Shown here one piece after another: positions 27,079-39,461 of a stretch of 64,000 nt of DNA. Made by a program: the position numbers and the translations under genes. A model generated the notes under the pieces. That model was not told the DNA's origin, made no database searches, and saw nothing but the letters and a program-made list of their open reading frames with translations. Positions within the stretch are counted from its first letter, which is position 1; each line of letters begins with the position of its first letter. The stretch is from positions 51,090,001 to 51,154,000 of the forward strand of contig NC_087437.1 in NCBI RefSeq assembly GCF_036321535.1, in the 5' to 3' direction. The DNA comes from Camelus dromedarius (Eukaryota).

Positions 27079-27353
27079 TTTATATACAGATATAAATTTC
27101 TTCATAGTTTGTAGCAGGTTCTTCTAGTATGTAAAATTTTAAATTAGCAAGGTGATTTAGAGTATCAGCCTTTAAAGCCTAGTGCATCTAGGAAGCAAAC
27201 TTTACAGTCTATTATATGCTAGTATTTTTGAAAAAGTATTTTATTATTTTGTGTGTGTTTTATTTTAGAGATAGCATTGCCCTCAGTTTCAACTTATCTT
27301 ACAGTTTTTCTTCTTCTTCTTTATTTTTTCCTTTATTCCCTTTATCATTTTAG

Positions 27354-27515
27354 TAATGGCAACGTTGCAGCTACCAGCCACTAATTTGGCCAACCTGGCG
27401 AATTTGCCTCCTGGCACTAAACTCTACCTTACTACAAACAGCAAGAACCCTTCAGGAAAAGGAAAACTGCTGCTGATCCCTCAAGGCGCCATTCTGCGGG
27501 CTACCAACAATGCTA
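27354..27515 (+). CDS. YEATS2: YEATS2 exon: (V)MATLQLPATNLANLANLPPGTKLYLTTNSKNPSGKGKLLLIPQGAILRATNNA
   Basis: Long pyrimidine tract then ttag|, donor CTA|gttagt, 162 nt. Confidence 0.95.
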
Positions 27516-28140
27516 GTTAGTCCATCATTAAATCTTTTGGTTCTTGGGTCTCTGGGTATGTTCATCTCTTCCACCTGATGGGCAGTTCTTACCTGTTTCA
27601 GGAAGCATTTTCATAGATATTTCATGGTATAATGGTAGCATTTGCCCAAATGGATTTAAAACATACACATTATTTAAAACCACTTCTAGTTAAATTATCA
27701 TAGTCTTAGGAGAGGTGTGGCTTTTGAGGCTGTGTTGGGAGAAAGCTGTCTGTGTGAGCTGGAAATAAAAAGGAGTTCTGCGTTTCAGTGGAAACTGGGG
27801 ACACCTGGGGAGAAGGTGGCTGGATGCCTATTTTTATTTTGAAGGAGATGGGAATAGGGTTGGAATCAAGTGTCTCTGCTTGCCATTATTTAGATGTGCG
27901 TCTTTCATTTGCTAGGTTTGAAGATGGCAAGAGAAATATATGCTCAGCCTTCGTGTAGTGTATTTAAAGCCCCAAGGAAATTAGGTGGTTTATCTAGACT
28001 TATCCAAACTTTTGCTTTGACATATAGACAGAAACAGTTTGGGTAGTGTTGAAAAGGAAAGGGTAAGAGGAATTATTTCCATCTGAATCAGGAGTATAAT
28101 TGATACAGCAGTCAGGTTCATTAGAAATTAGCCACTCTTG

Positions 28141-28230
28141 TGTATGACTGAAAAAATGTGCTGTGCACTAGAAATCGACACAACATTGTAAACTGACTAT
28201 AACTCAATAAAATAAAATTAAAAAAAAAAA
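28141..28230 (+). mobile_element. Very short young L1 3'-end insertion with poly(A)
   Basis: Perfect 18-bp TSD agaaattagccactcttg (28123-28140 and 28231-28248), TT/AGAA endonuclease-type site, AATAAA at 28206. Confidence 0.9.
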
Positions 28231-28266
28231 AGAAATTAGCCACTCTTGCCAAAACACAGTTGCAGT

Positions 28267-29307
28267 TGTAACTGAACAAGGGCTCATGTGCCCATGGAAC
28301 AGAAAGCCAATTTCTTTCTTTTTTTTTTTTTTATTGAGATATAGTCAGTTTACAATGTTGTGTCAGTTTCTGGTATACAGCACAATTCTTCAGTCATACT
28401 TGAATATACATATACATTCTTTTTCACTGTGACCTACTACAAGTTATTGAATGTATTTCCCTGTGCTATACAGTATAAACTTGTTTATCTATTTTATATA
28501 TACCAGTCAGTATCTGCAAATCTTGAACTCCCAATTTATCCTTTCCCACCCCTCTGCCCGCTGGCAACCACAAATCTGTATTCTATGTCTGTGAGTCTCT
28601 TTCTATTTTATATATAAGTTCATTTGTCTTTTTTTTTTAAGATTCCACCTATGAGTGATAATCATACGGTATTTTTCTTTCTCTTTCTGGCTTACTTCAC
28701 TTAAAATGACATTCTCCAGGGACATCCATGTTGCTGCAAATGGCATTATTCTATGGCTGAGTAGTATTCCATTGTATAAATATACCACAGCTTTTTTATC
28801 CAGTTACCTGTCGATGGACATTTAGGTTGTCTCTATGTCTTGGGCCAATTTCTGACAGTGGGAGTTTGCAGCAAAGTAAGGGTTTATTGCAGGACACGAA
28901 GCAAGGGAGTGGGAGATAAGCCTCAGATCAACTCCAGCTTGGTCTTTCAGTTAGGGGTATTTTGAAGGGAAAGAACAAAGAAACTAGGATTAGTCATCAT
29001 CCTGTGACATTTCTTAATCATAGTTTCAGGAGTCAGGATGTCTCTGGTTTATGATTCTCTGACCAGGTGTGGTCCATGGTTCAAGGGTCTGTTTAGCTCA
29101 TCTTGCCTTGGAGAAACAATAGCAATGTTATCGACAATAGCAGTTTTAGTACATTAATGTAAACAACAGCAATTTTAGTCATCTGACTCTGGTTGACTAA
29201 TGTTCATTTAGTACAGGTCAGAGGGGACAGGAAAGGGAATAAAGTTTTGGATAGAGAGATTGCTAAAACTTGGCAGGGGAACTTGGTTTTACAGGGACTC
29301 TGTTTCA
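28267..29307 (-). mobile_element. ERV1-like solo LTR interrupted by a young L1
   Basis: TG...CA ends (tgtaactgaa ... ctgtttca) and a minus-strand AATAAA near 28883. The two halves rejoin across the L1 TSD. No clean LTR TSD was seen. Confidence 0.55.
28316..28843 (-). mobile_element. Young L1 3' end nested in the LTR
   Basis: 10-bp TSD gccaatttct at 28306 and 28844. The ORF track shows the ORF2 end MPFAATWMSLENVILSEVSQKEK. Confidence 0.9.
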
Positions 29308-30036
29308 AAAGCTAGTCACCATGTTGTTTACGGACTATAATGGGTGATTTCCACACTTTCCCTCAGGTATTTTTTCCTCATACCTGAGCAGTGGTGTGCC
29401 AGAAATTTAGGTATGTAAGACAAAGACAATATAAGTATTCCAAAATTCATCCAGAGAGCTACTTAGATTTTAGTTTATGTATGTCACCAAAAAAGCAAAG
29501 GAAGGGTCCAAAGGTTTTAAAGTGGAATTTGAAAAGTGAAGAAGAATGGGACCCTGGAGTTAATATAAATACGAAGAAAGTCTTAGTTTTTTCCAGAGCA
29601 CAGGGAGACAGAAAAGAGAGAGTACTGTAAGATTACTCTAAATTCAGTAGTTTCAGTGAAATTGAATCAGATGCCAAAAAGTTTGGGAGCATTTCTCTGA
29701 GCATTTTAAATGTTGATTAAAATCAACACTTGATTAGAAAATGTATCGACTCTCTCTTGATGTCCTACAGTTAAGCCAAAACACTTGTCAAAGATAAGTT
29801 CTTCATTATAGTACTCAGAGCTGAACTAGTCAACTGTCATTTAGTCGAAAGTAAATACATTTCAGTCTTCGGCACTAGGAAGTCCTCTCTCGTCACAAAC
29901 CAGGTGTAGTACAAAAAAGGAGGAAAAGAAAGGGAAGGGATGGTGCTGTGAAGGAAACATCTCTCTGGACTCATCTGTCTTTTCAGTTAAGTCTTAATAC
30001 TTTTAATGATGGTGCTGTCATTCGTTGTATTTTCAG

Positions 30037-30209
30037 ACCTCCAGTCTGGTTCAGCTGCCAGTGGTGGAGGAGGCAGTGGTGGTGGTGGCGGCAGTGGTGG
30101 TGGCAGTGGAGGAGGAGGAGGAACAGGAGGAGCCCAAAGCCCTGCTGGCCCTGGGGGGATATCCCAGCACCTGACATACACATCTTACATCCTCAAGCAG
30201 ACCCCTCAG
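30037..30209 (+). CDS. YEATS2: YEATS2 exon with Gly/Ser tract: (N)LQSGSAASGGGGSGGGGGSGGGSGGGGGTGGAQ...LKQTPQ
   Basis: Acceptor tattttcag|, donor CAG|gtctgg, 173 nt. Confidence 0.95.
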
Positions 30210-30992
30210 GTCTGGTCATTTGTGACTGGTATCGTTTAAATCATTTAGTTATTTAATAACTGCCTTGAATTATGGTGGATTTACCTTTACATCTCTAGGA
30301 TCAGGGGGTCAGTACTAACATTTGAACCATGTTAGAAATCTGTATTATTCTGGCCTTGCTTTGTTTTGAGAGAAAAGCAAGGAGACTGGAGATTCAGAAA
30401 GACTTACGTAACTCATCGAAGATTTCTCTGCTAAGCTAGTGATAGGGTTTTTTAAACAGATCTTTCTGAGAGATTTTTGCTATGCTGTTGCCTTTCATGG
30501 ATTTGAAATAGTGTTAATGTGCTGGTGAAAGTTTCCTCCTAGACAGAAGTAACCACAGAGATAGTATCAAGTTATGGTATTTGGAGGTAGGTTGGATTCA
30601 AGGTTAGGAACAGGTTTCTGCCTTCTTTCCCCTGGTCGCTAGAGTCTTAGCTCCTTTCTAAGGAAGGTAATGGAATTTTGGTTCCAGATGTTCTTAGTGA
30701 GAAGAGTGGATAGTTATCAGTCTGAAAGATTAAATCCAGCTATGAGGACTAGATTGTAAAATTTGAGTTTCTAACAGCCTGCTCTGTAACAACAGTGCAA
30801 AGTTTGAGAAGTGGGGGTATAACTATGAGTAGTGACACTAAGAGCAGAGCTGTTCTCTTCCATTATTTTCATTGAGTTGCAGAGTTGAAGGGGAGGATTT
30901 TAACATGTAATATGGGACCTTGTGATTTAGAGGATCAGAACAAGTCATTTGAACTTAACAAACTACTAATTAGGTCTTTGTTTGTAACTTAG

Positions 30993-31151
30993 GGCACTTT
31001 TTTAGTTGGCCAGCCATCACCCCAAACATCTGGAAAACAGCTGACTACGGGGTCAGTGGTCCAAGGAGCACTGGGAGTCGGCACGTCATCTGCACAAGGA
31101 CAGCAAACATTAAAAGTCATATCTGGACAAAAAACTACTTTGTTTACCCAG
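30993..31151 (+). CDS. YEATS2: YEATS2 exon: GTFLVGQPSPQTSGKQLTTGSVVQG...KTTLFTQ
   Basis: Acceptor taacttag|, donor CAG|gtaaat, 159 nt. Confidence 0.95.
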
Positions 31152-31165
31152 GTAAATACATACAA

Positions 31166-31188
31166 ACACACACACACACACACACACA
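31166..31188 (+). repeat. (AC)n microsatellite, ~11 units, 15 nt downstream of the donor at 31151
   Basis: Seen directly. Confidence 0.95.
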
Positions 31189-31834
31189 CCCAAGTATGTG
31201 GTAGTTATGGCATTATTTAAATATTTATAGCTTATCTCTTTCCAAAAAGAAATTATGGTTACATAAGAAAATAAGCAATAAAATAGTATAGAAAAATAAG
31301 AATAAAATCTTAAGATTTGGGAAAATACAAGTAGAATGAGAAGTTAAGACCAGAAAGTTATTTAGATGTGCAAACAGTAATGCCCTATATATTTAATAAA
31401 ATTTGCCAAAGCAAAATGAGAAGAATGATCATTTATAAAATTTGTACTATTTGTGAGAGGAAAAAAAATAACTGCATAATATTTTCTTAGGAGAAACAAA
31501 GATTTTCTTGACACTTCATTCTAAAAAGTCTCTGGAGGGACTTCATATAGGAGATTCTGAATAATGTAATAGGTGATTTCAGTCACAGTATCCATATACT
31601 AAGTAAATGTTTACTATTTCTACAGCTTCTTTAGTATAAGCCAAAGAATAATGATGGGGAATTTCAACTAGGTTGTGAAGAATATCATAATCATCTTTAG
31701 GAGAATCTATAGCTAAATCTCAAAAACTTGCCAAATGAAACAAACAAGGTATAGAAGGTTAAGATAGTATGATACCGTTATCAACAAACTACACTTTTTA
31801 TGGCTATATGTAGATCAGCGGTTCTCAAAGCATG

Positions 31835-32580
31835 AGTGAATATTAGATTTTTGTCTAAAGCTTTTTCTGTGTCTGTTGAGAGGATCATACGGTATTTTTT
31901 TTGGTTAATATGGTGAATTACATTGAATTTTTAAAATGTTAAACCAACCCTGCATTCCTGGAATAAACTCTTATTTGGTTGTGATATGTTATTCTCTTTT
32001 AATGTATTATTGGATTTAATTTGGTAAAATTTTGTTTAGAATTTTTGCAAGGGATATTATATGGTCAGTAGTTTTCTTTGTAATTTCTGTCTGGTTTTGG
32101 TATCAGAGTAATTCTGGCCTCATAAAATGAATTGGAAACTTTTCCATCTTCACTTTTTTGAAAAGAGTTTATGTCGACTTGGTATTATTTCTTCCTTAAC
32201 TATTTAGAGAACACCAGTGAAGCCATAATGGCCTGGAGTTTTCCTAATTGGGAAGGTCTTTAATTACAGTTTCAATTTATTTCATAGATACAGGACTATT
32301 CAGGTTATTTATTTTGTCTTGAGGGAGATTTGGTAGTTCATATCTTTGAAGGAATATGTTCATTACAGGTAAGTCAAATTTCTTGGCATAAACTTATACA
32401 TAATTTTCTCTTATTAATTATTAATATTCCCTTTTAATGTCTGTAGAATCTTTAGTGATGTCCCCTTTTTCATCCTTGATTTTGGTAATTATGTGTCTTC
32501 TCTTTTTTCCTTGATCAGCCTAGCTAGAGGTTTATCAGTTTTTATTGATCTTTTCAAATTAACCAGCATTTGGTTTCCTT
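31835..32580 (-). mobile_element. Old L1 ORF2 (RT-region) fragment
   Basis: L1 motifs ttaaaccaaccctgcattcctggaataaac, ttttggtatcagagtaattctggcctcataaaatga, ccagtgaagcca. Confidence 0.78.
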
Positions 32581-32754
32581 CAGTACGAATTTCCCCTTGG
32601 TCAAATGCTCTTAGCTATTTCAAACAGGTATAAGGCCTCACAATTCTTTAGGTAGTTCTTTAAAATCTTAGCCAATATTCCCAACCTACTTATGTTGCAG
32701 CCAGAGCAGTGACTTACTTTCTGTGCTGCCATAGCTGAGACATTTACTGTTGCC

Positions 32755-33410
32755 TTTTAAGGTAAAATTTATATAGAATAATGCACAGATTAGAAGTGGA
32801 TTGCTCAATGAGTCTTGACAAATATATATGCTCATGCAAGCACTATCCCAGTCAAGGTATAGAACATTTCCATCACTCTAAAACATACCTTCATTTCTCT
32901 TTCCAGTTTTTTTCTGTCACCATTTTTCTGTTTCTGTAACCAAGATTAGCTTTTGTCTGTTCTAGGTCTCTATCAATAAAATTATATAGTATATAACCTT
33001 TTATGTTAACTTCTGTTGTTGAACATGTTTTTGAGATTTTTCCGTATGTGTATCAATTGTTTATTCTTTTTTATTCTTGAGTAATGTTTTGTTGTATGAC
33101 TATTCTTTTGATGGACACTTGGGGATTTCAGTTTTTGACTTATGAAAGATGCTGTTATGAACATTCTTGTATAAATTGTACAGTAGAATAGCTAGGTCAT
33201 AGGGTAAGTGTATGTTTATAAGCAACTTTATAAGAAACTGACAAATGATTTTGCTAAGTGGTGGTACCATTGATTCTCCCTTAAGTAATGTGGGAGAGTT
33301 CCAGTTACTTTATATCCTTACCAACATGGAGGGTCATCATTCTTTTTAATTCTAACCATGTTTGTGAGTATGAAGTGATACCTCATTGTGGTTTTAATTT
33401 GCATGAGACA
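32755..33410 (-). mobile_element. Old L1 3' end (L1MB/MC-like)
   Basis: Motifs tatagaacatttccatcact and ctcattgtggttttaatttgcat. Confidence 0.7.
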
Positions 33411-33982
33411 CCAATACAAATTAATGCCATGGCTTCTACTGGATTCTAATCGTGACTTCTCATGCAATAGAGTGCCAGCCTGCAAAGCCAAAAATGCTTA
33501 CTCGTGCCATTTACAGAAAAAGTTTGCTGTGCCTTGACTTAGACCACTAAAATATAATTTGTTAAATGGTTCTCTGGTACTAAAATGCTAAACCTGTACT
33601 ACTAGCCTAAAGCACCATTAACTTACCATTTAAATCTGGCCCTTGGTTAGGTTTTCATGTCTAAAGATTATGTGTACATTTAAAAGCACTTTGGACTCAG
33701 TTATTGTAATAACAAATGCTTGGTATCTTTGAAGACATAACTGCCAAATAGTGACTTGCAAATGCATTCATTTGCTTATTCTACATCACGGGTAAAGAAA
33801 CATTTGTATTAAAAAGTCATAAACTTGAGAGCTTGTTGGAAAGTGCACAAATACTTCATATAGTTTCATTTAGCAAGACTGTTTTGGGGGATGCTCTGTT
33901 TGGGGGACATATATAGGTAAGTAATGAATTTTGCTTATTAGCCTGGGTAACATTATTACTCCAACCCATTTTGTTTCTGCAG

Positions 33983-34159
33983 GCAGCCGCTGGGGGACAG
34001 GCATCTCTGATGAAAATATCTGATAGCACATTAAAGTCTGTGCCAGCCACCTCACAGCTCTCAAAGCCTGGAACCACAATGCTGAGAGTAGCAGGAGGGG
34101 TTATCACAACTGCCACTTCCCCAGCTGTGGCCCTCTCAGCAAATGGTCCTGCCCAACAG
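33983..34159 (+). CDS. YEATS2: YEATS2 exon: AAAGGQASLMKISDSTLK...ANGPAQQ
   Basis: Acceptor tttctgcag|, donor CAG|gtgaga, 177 nt. Confidence 0.95.
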
Positions 34160-34254
34160 GTGAGAAGTAGCATGATAGTAGAAAATCATATTGGGGCATA
34201 AAAGTAGTGAAAAGCTAATATTCAGCAGGCACACTTAATGTTGGGCCATATTGC

Positions 34255-35503
34255 TCTTTTTTAAAAAATTGAAATTAATTCAAATACCATAAAATTCACC
34301 AGGTTAAAGTGTACAGTTCAGTGGGTTTTGTCATATTCTCAAAGTTGTGCAACCATCACCACTATATAATTCTTGAATTTTTTTTTAATCCAAAAAGAAA
34401 CTCAGTACCCAATAGTAGTCACTCCCCATTCCCTTCCTCCCTCCCCCCATCTTAGGTAACTGCTAATCTACTTTCTTGTGACTGGCTGCTTCTGCCACAG
34501 TATTTATATTTAATACAATATTTTCAAGGTTCATCCACGTTGTAGCATATATCAGTACTTCATTCCTTTTTATAGCTGAATGATAAGTCAGTGTTATGGA
34601 TATACCACATTTTGTTTATCCATTCATCGATTGATGGACTTTTGGGTAATTTCCCCCTTTTGACTATAATGATTAATGCTGCAGTGAACATTTATGTACA
34701 AGTTTTTGTAAATCGTATGTTTTCATTTTTCTTAGCTATATACCTAGGAAGGAATTGCTGTATCATATAGTAACTACGTTTAACATTTTGAAGACCTGCC
34801 AGACTGTTTTCCCAATACGCTGCACCATTTTAGATACCCCCTCTCCCTGCCCCAGCAATATGAGGGGTTCCAGTTTTTCCACATCCTTGCTGAACTTGTT
34901 CTTGTCCATTTTTGTTGTTGTTATAGCCATTGTGATGGGTGTGGAGTGTTATCTCATTGTGGTTTTGATTTGTGTTTACCTGACAGCTGGTGATATTCAG
35001 CATCTTTTCATGTACTTACTGGCTATTTGTATTTCCTCTTTGGAGAAATGTGTATTCAAATCCTTTGCTCATTATTTAGTTGAATTATTTATTGTCTTTT
35101 TATTATTGAGTTGTAGGAGTTCTTTATATATTCTAGATAAAAAGTTTCATCAGATTTGCAAAAATTTTCTTCCGCTCTCTGGGTTGTCTTTTCACTTTGA
35201 AACCACAAAACTTTAATTTTGATTAAGTCCAGTTTACCTATTCTTCTCTCTTTTATTGCTTATGCTTTTGGTGTCACAGCTAAGAAACATTACCTAATCC
35301 ATAGTTACAAAATTTAAGCCTATGTTTTCTTCGAAGAGTTTTCTAGTTTAGCTCTTACATTTAGGTCTTTGTCCATTTTGAGTTAGCCTTTGTATATGGT
35401 GTGAGACAGGAGGCCAAACTTCATTCTTTTGTATGTAGGTACCCAGTTGGCCCAGCAACATTTGTTGAAAAATCTGTTTCCCCTTTAAATTGTCTTGGCA
35501 TCC
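34255..35503 (-). mobile_element. L1 fragment (L1MB-like, ORF2 end plus 3' UTR)
   Basis: Typical L1MB 3' motifs. The + strand 153-aa ORF 34755..35216 is antisense L1 sequence. Confidence 0.85.
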
Positions 35504-36231
35504 CAAGGACTCTTATAATCTGATTTTGCCTAATTCTCAGGCTTCACCTACTGCTTCTCCTCGAATGTCTACTCATACCACTCTACTTTGCAGTTTCTTG
35601 AACATGCAGTGTTCTTTCATGCCTCTCTGACTTTCTACTTGCTATTGTACTTCTGCCAAGAAACACCCTTTCATCTCCCCCTTTCCCTGTCTTGAATCTT
35701 GAAGATTTCCCCAAAGTGCAGTGTTTTTACATGAAGCTTTTCCCAGTACTCTCCCCTGCCCATCCCTAGGCTGAAGTAGTACTTGTGCTGCAGCATCCAT
35801 CACAGCTCAGTCACCCTCTCCTCCTTGAGAGCTTTTGCCTCTGGGCCCTAGCATTTAACACTGTGTCTGTCCAGTAGTAGATATTTGCTGAATAATGTGA
35901 CAAACTGTAAAATATATACTGAGTTTTTAATAAAGCTCATATTATTCCAGTTTTACATTATGAGATTAAGTCCTCTATGTTTTTGGAGGAGAGGTGTTGA
36001 AATAACCTTTTATAAGTGATATAATAGTTGATGAATTATTTTTAATGTGGTAATAACCCTGGTCTGTGAAATCTAAACCACCAAATTAGAGAAGCAGTCT
36101 TTAAATGACATGGCATTTGATAGGTAATAACAGCTAATATTTATTGAGTATGCTGTGTGGCATTCACTGTTCTAAGTAAGTTACAGTGCTTTCTTCTTAA
36201 TTTCTGTTATTTCTGGTCCTGTGGTTAGCAG

Positions 36232-36415
36232 TCAGAAGGAACGGCTCCCAGTTCATCATCTACTGTAGGTTCTGTAATGAAAACTTCCGGGCAGCAACAA
36301 GTGTGTGTCAGCCAGGCCACCATGGGAACCTGCAAGGCTACTGCCCCCTCTGTCATCAGCGCCACATCCCTGGTGTCCACACCAAACCCCATCTCTGGAA
36401 AGGCCACAGTATCAG
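36232..36415 (+). CDS. YEATS2: YEATS2 exon: SEGTAPSSSSTVGSVMKTSGQQQ...SGKATVS
   Basis: Acceptor tagcag| (NAGNAG, alternative start 36229), donor CAG|gtcagt, 184 nt. Confidence 0.93.
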
Positions 36416-36628
36416 GTCAGTTGTATTATAATGTTATTTGTCTCTCCCTTCTTTGGGCTAGAGTGGTTTTGAAAGATCTTAAACAATATTTTGTGTAATA
36501 AATTGTTAAAAGTCATTAACTCAGCAACATTTTCCATATAGCTGCTTTTTAGATAAATTACTCTTTTTTAAAATCTATGTGTAAATTTTTAAGTCTGAAA
36601 TGTTTTTATGGACTGAATAACAGTTTTT

Positions 36629-36774
36629 TTGGTCTGTTTGTTTTGGTGGGGGGAGGTAATTAGGTTTTACTTACTTATTTTTAGAGGAGGTACTGGGGAT
36701 AGAAACCCAGGACCTTGTGTATGCTAAGCATGTACTCTACCACTTGAGCTATACCCTTGCCACACCCCTCCTAC
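36629..36774 (-). mobile_element. tRNA-Ala-derived SINE (Vic-1-like, long tail)
   Basis: Same head sequence. 14-bp TSD gaataacagttttt at 36615 and 36775. Confidence 0.88.
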
Positions 36775-39461
36775 GAATAACAGTTTTTAAATGATATAAT
36801 AAAACATTAGCCATCTAGAATTCTTCTGAGTATTTATCATCAGTTTTGAATGGAACTCATTGTAAAACATCAGACATCTCTTTTTACTTTCATAAACAAA
36901 GTATATAAAATATAAATTAACATTGTTGACTCCAGGTCATGATTTTTAACCGTTCTTATTATATTGGGTAGTGTTAGAATGACACACTTGAGGTCGGCTA
37001 AGATGTATGCTATCTCTGTGCCTAGCCCAGTGGTCCCAGAAAAGTGTACCTTTTACTTCTTTGGGTTATACAGAGCACAGGTCCTGGAGCCAGATTGCCT
37101 AATACCCGTTTCATAAAGTTGAGAGGATTAAATGAGTTAATATATATAAACGCTTAGAATACCATCTAGTATATTGTATCCTTTATGTGAATAACTGCTG
37201 CTGTTACCATTTTAGCGTCATCGTCGTTGTTAGCCACATTCCCTTATCTGCAATTCTAAAATCCAAAAGACTGAAAAACAAAGATTTGTTTGTTGTTGTT
37301 TTCCCCCATAACTAATTTTAGGGCAAAGTCTGACCTCTGTTGACTACTTAATATGAATATTCGTGTTTTGCCACAAATATTAATGTGTTTTATTACGTTG
37401 TACTGTCCCAGATGCCAGAGACTGATATAATATGCAGCATTACTTCTCAAACTTTGTTTTTCTGCAATTCGGTATAGACAGATACTTCTGTAAAATACAA
37501 TACAAATAACAGAGCAAAGTCCAGCTGTTACATAAGTTTTTGAATACTCTTAATGTCTATATTGCCTTGGTGCAGATTAATAACAGTTTACCAACTGGCA
37601 CTAGTATACAGAAAAAAACTGAGTATCACTAATATATATGTGTGTGTGTGTGTGATACATATGTCATATACATATATGCACACACGCATGAACATTTAAG
37701 TATGTACACACACACCTTAGTACCTTTGGGTAAAGATTGTGGGTATTCTTATTGTTATTATTATCACTACATTCCTTACATGACCCAAACAAAGTCCCTG
37801 TGTTTTGTTTGCCTTTTGGGTAGTTAGAGACCAAAAGATTAAGGCTGATCTGTTTTTCCCATGATTTCCACCTCCCAGTTAAAATCAACCAAGTTTTTTA
37901 TGGGGAGTGCTTGTTCTCGGCTGACTGACTATTTGGAAGCACTGTGTTAGCCGCACTGGAGTAGAAATTGTAGGAATAGAAGGGATTACTTTTATAAGAA
38001 ATGAATGCCCTCCCTTTTTCTGATTGTCTGATTATGTTTTTTAACATGCAATAAATGAAGTCTCCCTGCTTTAAGTTCTAGTTGCCTGAAACTTTCTGTA
38101 TATTTTCGTAAGAGAATCAAACTGCTTCCTACTGACCATTAGTTGTGTGTATGTGGATTCTTTTTTTTTTAATTGAGGTATAATATAACCTTTTTCAATT
38201 AAATTTTTTGTGTGCATTATAAACTATTTTGAGCAAGGCCATGATTGTGAGTAGAGCAGAATGAGCTAGAGAAAGAGTACTAGGAGGTGCAATCGGCGTG
38301 GTGGGGGTCCAATCATATAAGGCCTTTGTAGGTCATTGTAAGAATATTGATTTTTACTTCAGAGGAAGCTATTGGGGGAATTTTAAGCTAAAGAGTAACA
38401 TGATCTGCCTTTTAACAGGATCACTGGCTACAGCATTTAGACTAAACTATGGAGTACAAAGTGGAAGCAGGGAGCAGACCAAGAAGTAGACACTAAGAGA
38501 GAAAATTTGATGATATATTAGGGGGCCCTGGCAACATCAGACTGAAAGGAGTTCCAGGGAAAAAAAGCAGAAAATAGTGGGAAGGAAATGATCGAAGAAG
38601 CAAAACAGTTTATCCCCGAATTGAAGGGCATGAACTTCCAGGTTCAAAAGGCACAGTGTCCAGCACAGTGAGTGTAAGATGGCTCACACGGAGGCTCAAT
38701 TTGTTTGTGAAATCAGAACACCAGTGACAAAGAGGAGAGCTTAAAAGCTGTCAGAGAGAAAAATAAGCAGAAAAGTTTAGAAATTACATTATCATTGGCC
38801 TTCTCAGTAGCAATGCTGGAATCTGGAATACTGTTTTTCAAAATTCTAGGGAAAAATTCCTTTCAGTCTAGAATTCTATAGAATCTTTACTGAGTGTGAG
38901 GGTAGGAATATTTTCTAATAGGCAACTTTTCAAATGTACTTTCTATGACCCTGTCTCAAGACATAACTAAAATACATGTTTCACCGGAGTGAGGAGGTAT
39001 AGACCAAGAAAGAGGACAAAAATAGGATCACCATAGAAGGAAGGCAAAGGGATTCCTAGGGTGATGGTGAAAGACGCTCCTCGGACAGCTTTGCAGCCAG
39101 TCTAGGAAGCAGCAGTCCAAAGTGGAGCAGATCAGAGAGCCCCAAGAAGGATAACTCTTATAAAAAAATGAAACTGTAAATTATTTAGGAGGTTCGACTT
39201 TGTGGAGAACTGTATTAAGGGGTGGTTTATACCGTTTTTGAAGGATTTGGGAAGACTTAGTAAGATGTTGAAAGAGAACTAAGCAGATGAAAAAGGAGGA
39301 AATTATTAACTCCAGAAAATGAAATGAAATCATAGTATCATGATGGTCTCTGGATTAATAGAGAACAGTATTGGAAGAGAGGGAAGAGAGGATATAAATG
39401 TCTTACTTAAAATGCTTATCTACCCTAATAAGTCAGTGTGTAACATCAAAGTGTTACATCA

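Noticed and set aside
29948..30256. Poly-Pro, poly-His and Trp-rich ORFs in other frames and on the opposite strand
   Set aside because: Frame shadows of the GGN-rich YEATS2 Gly/Ser exon.
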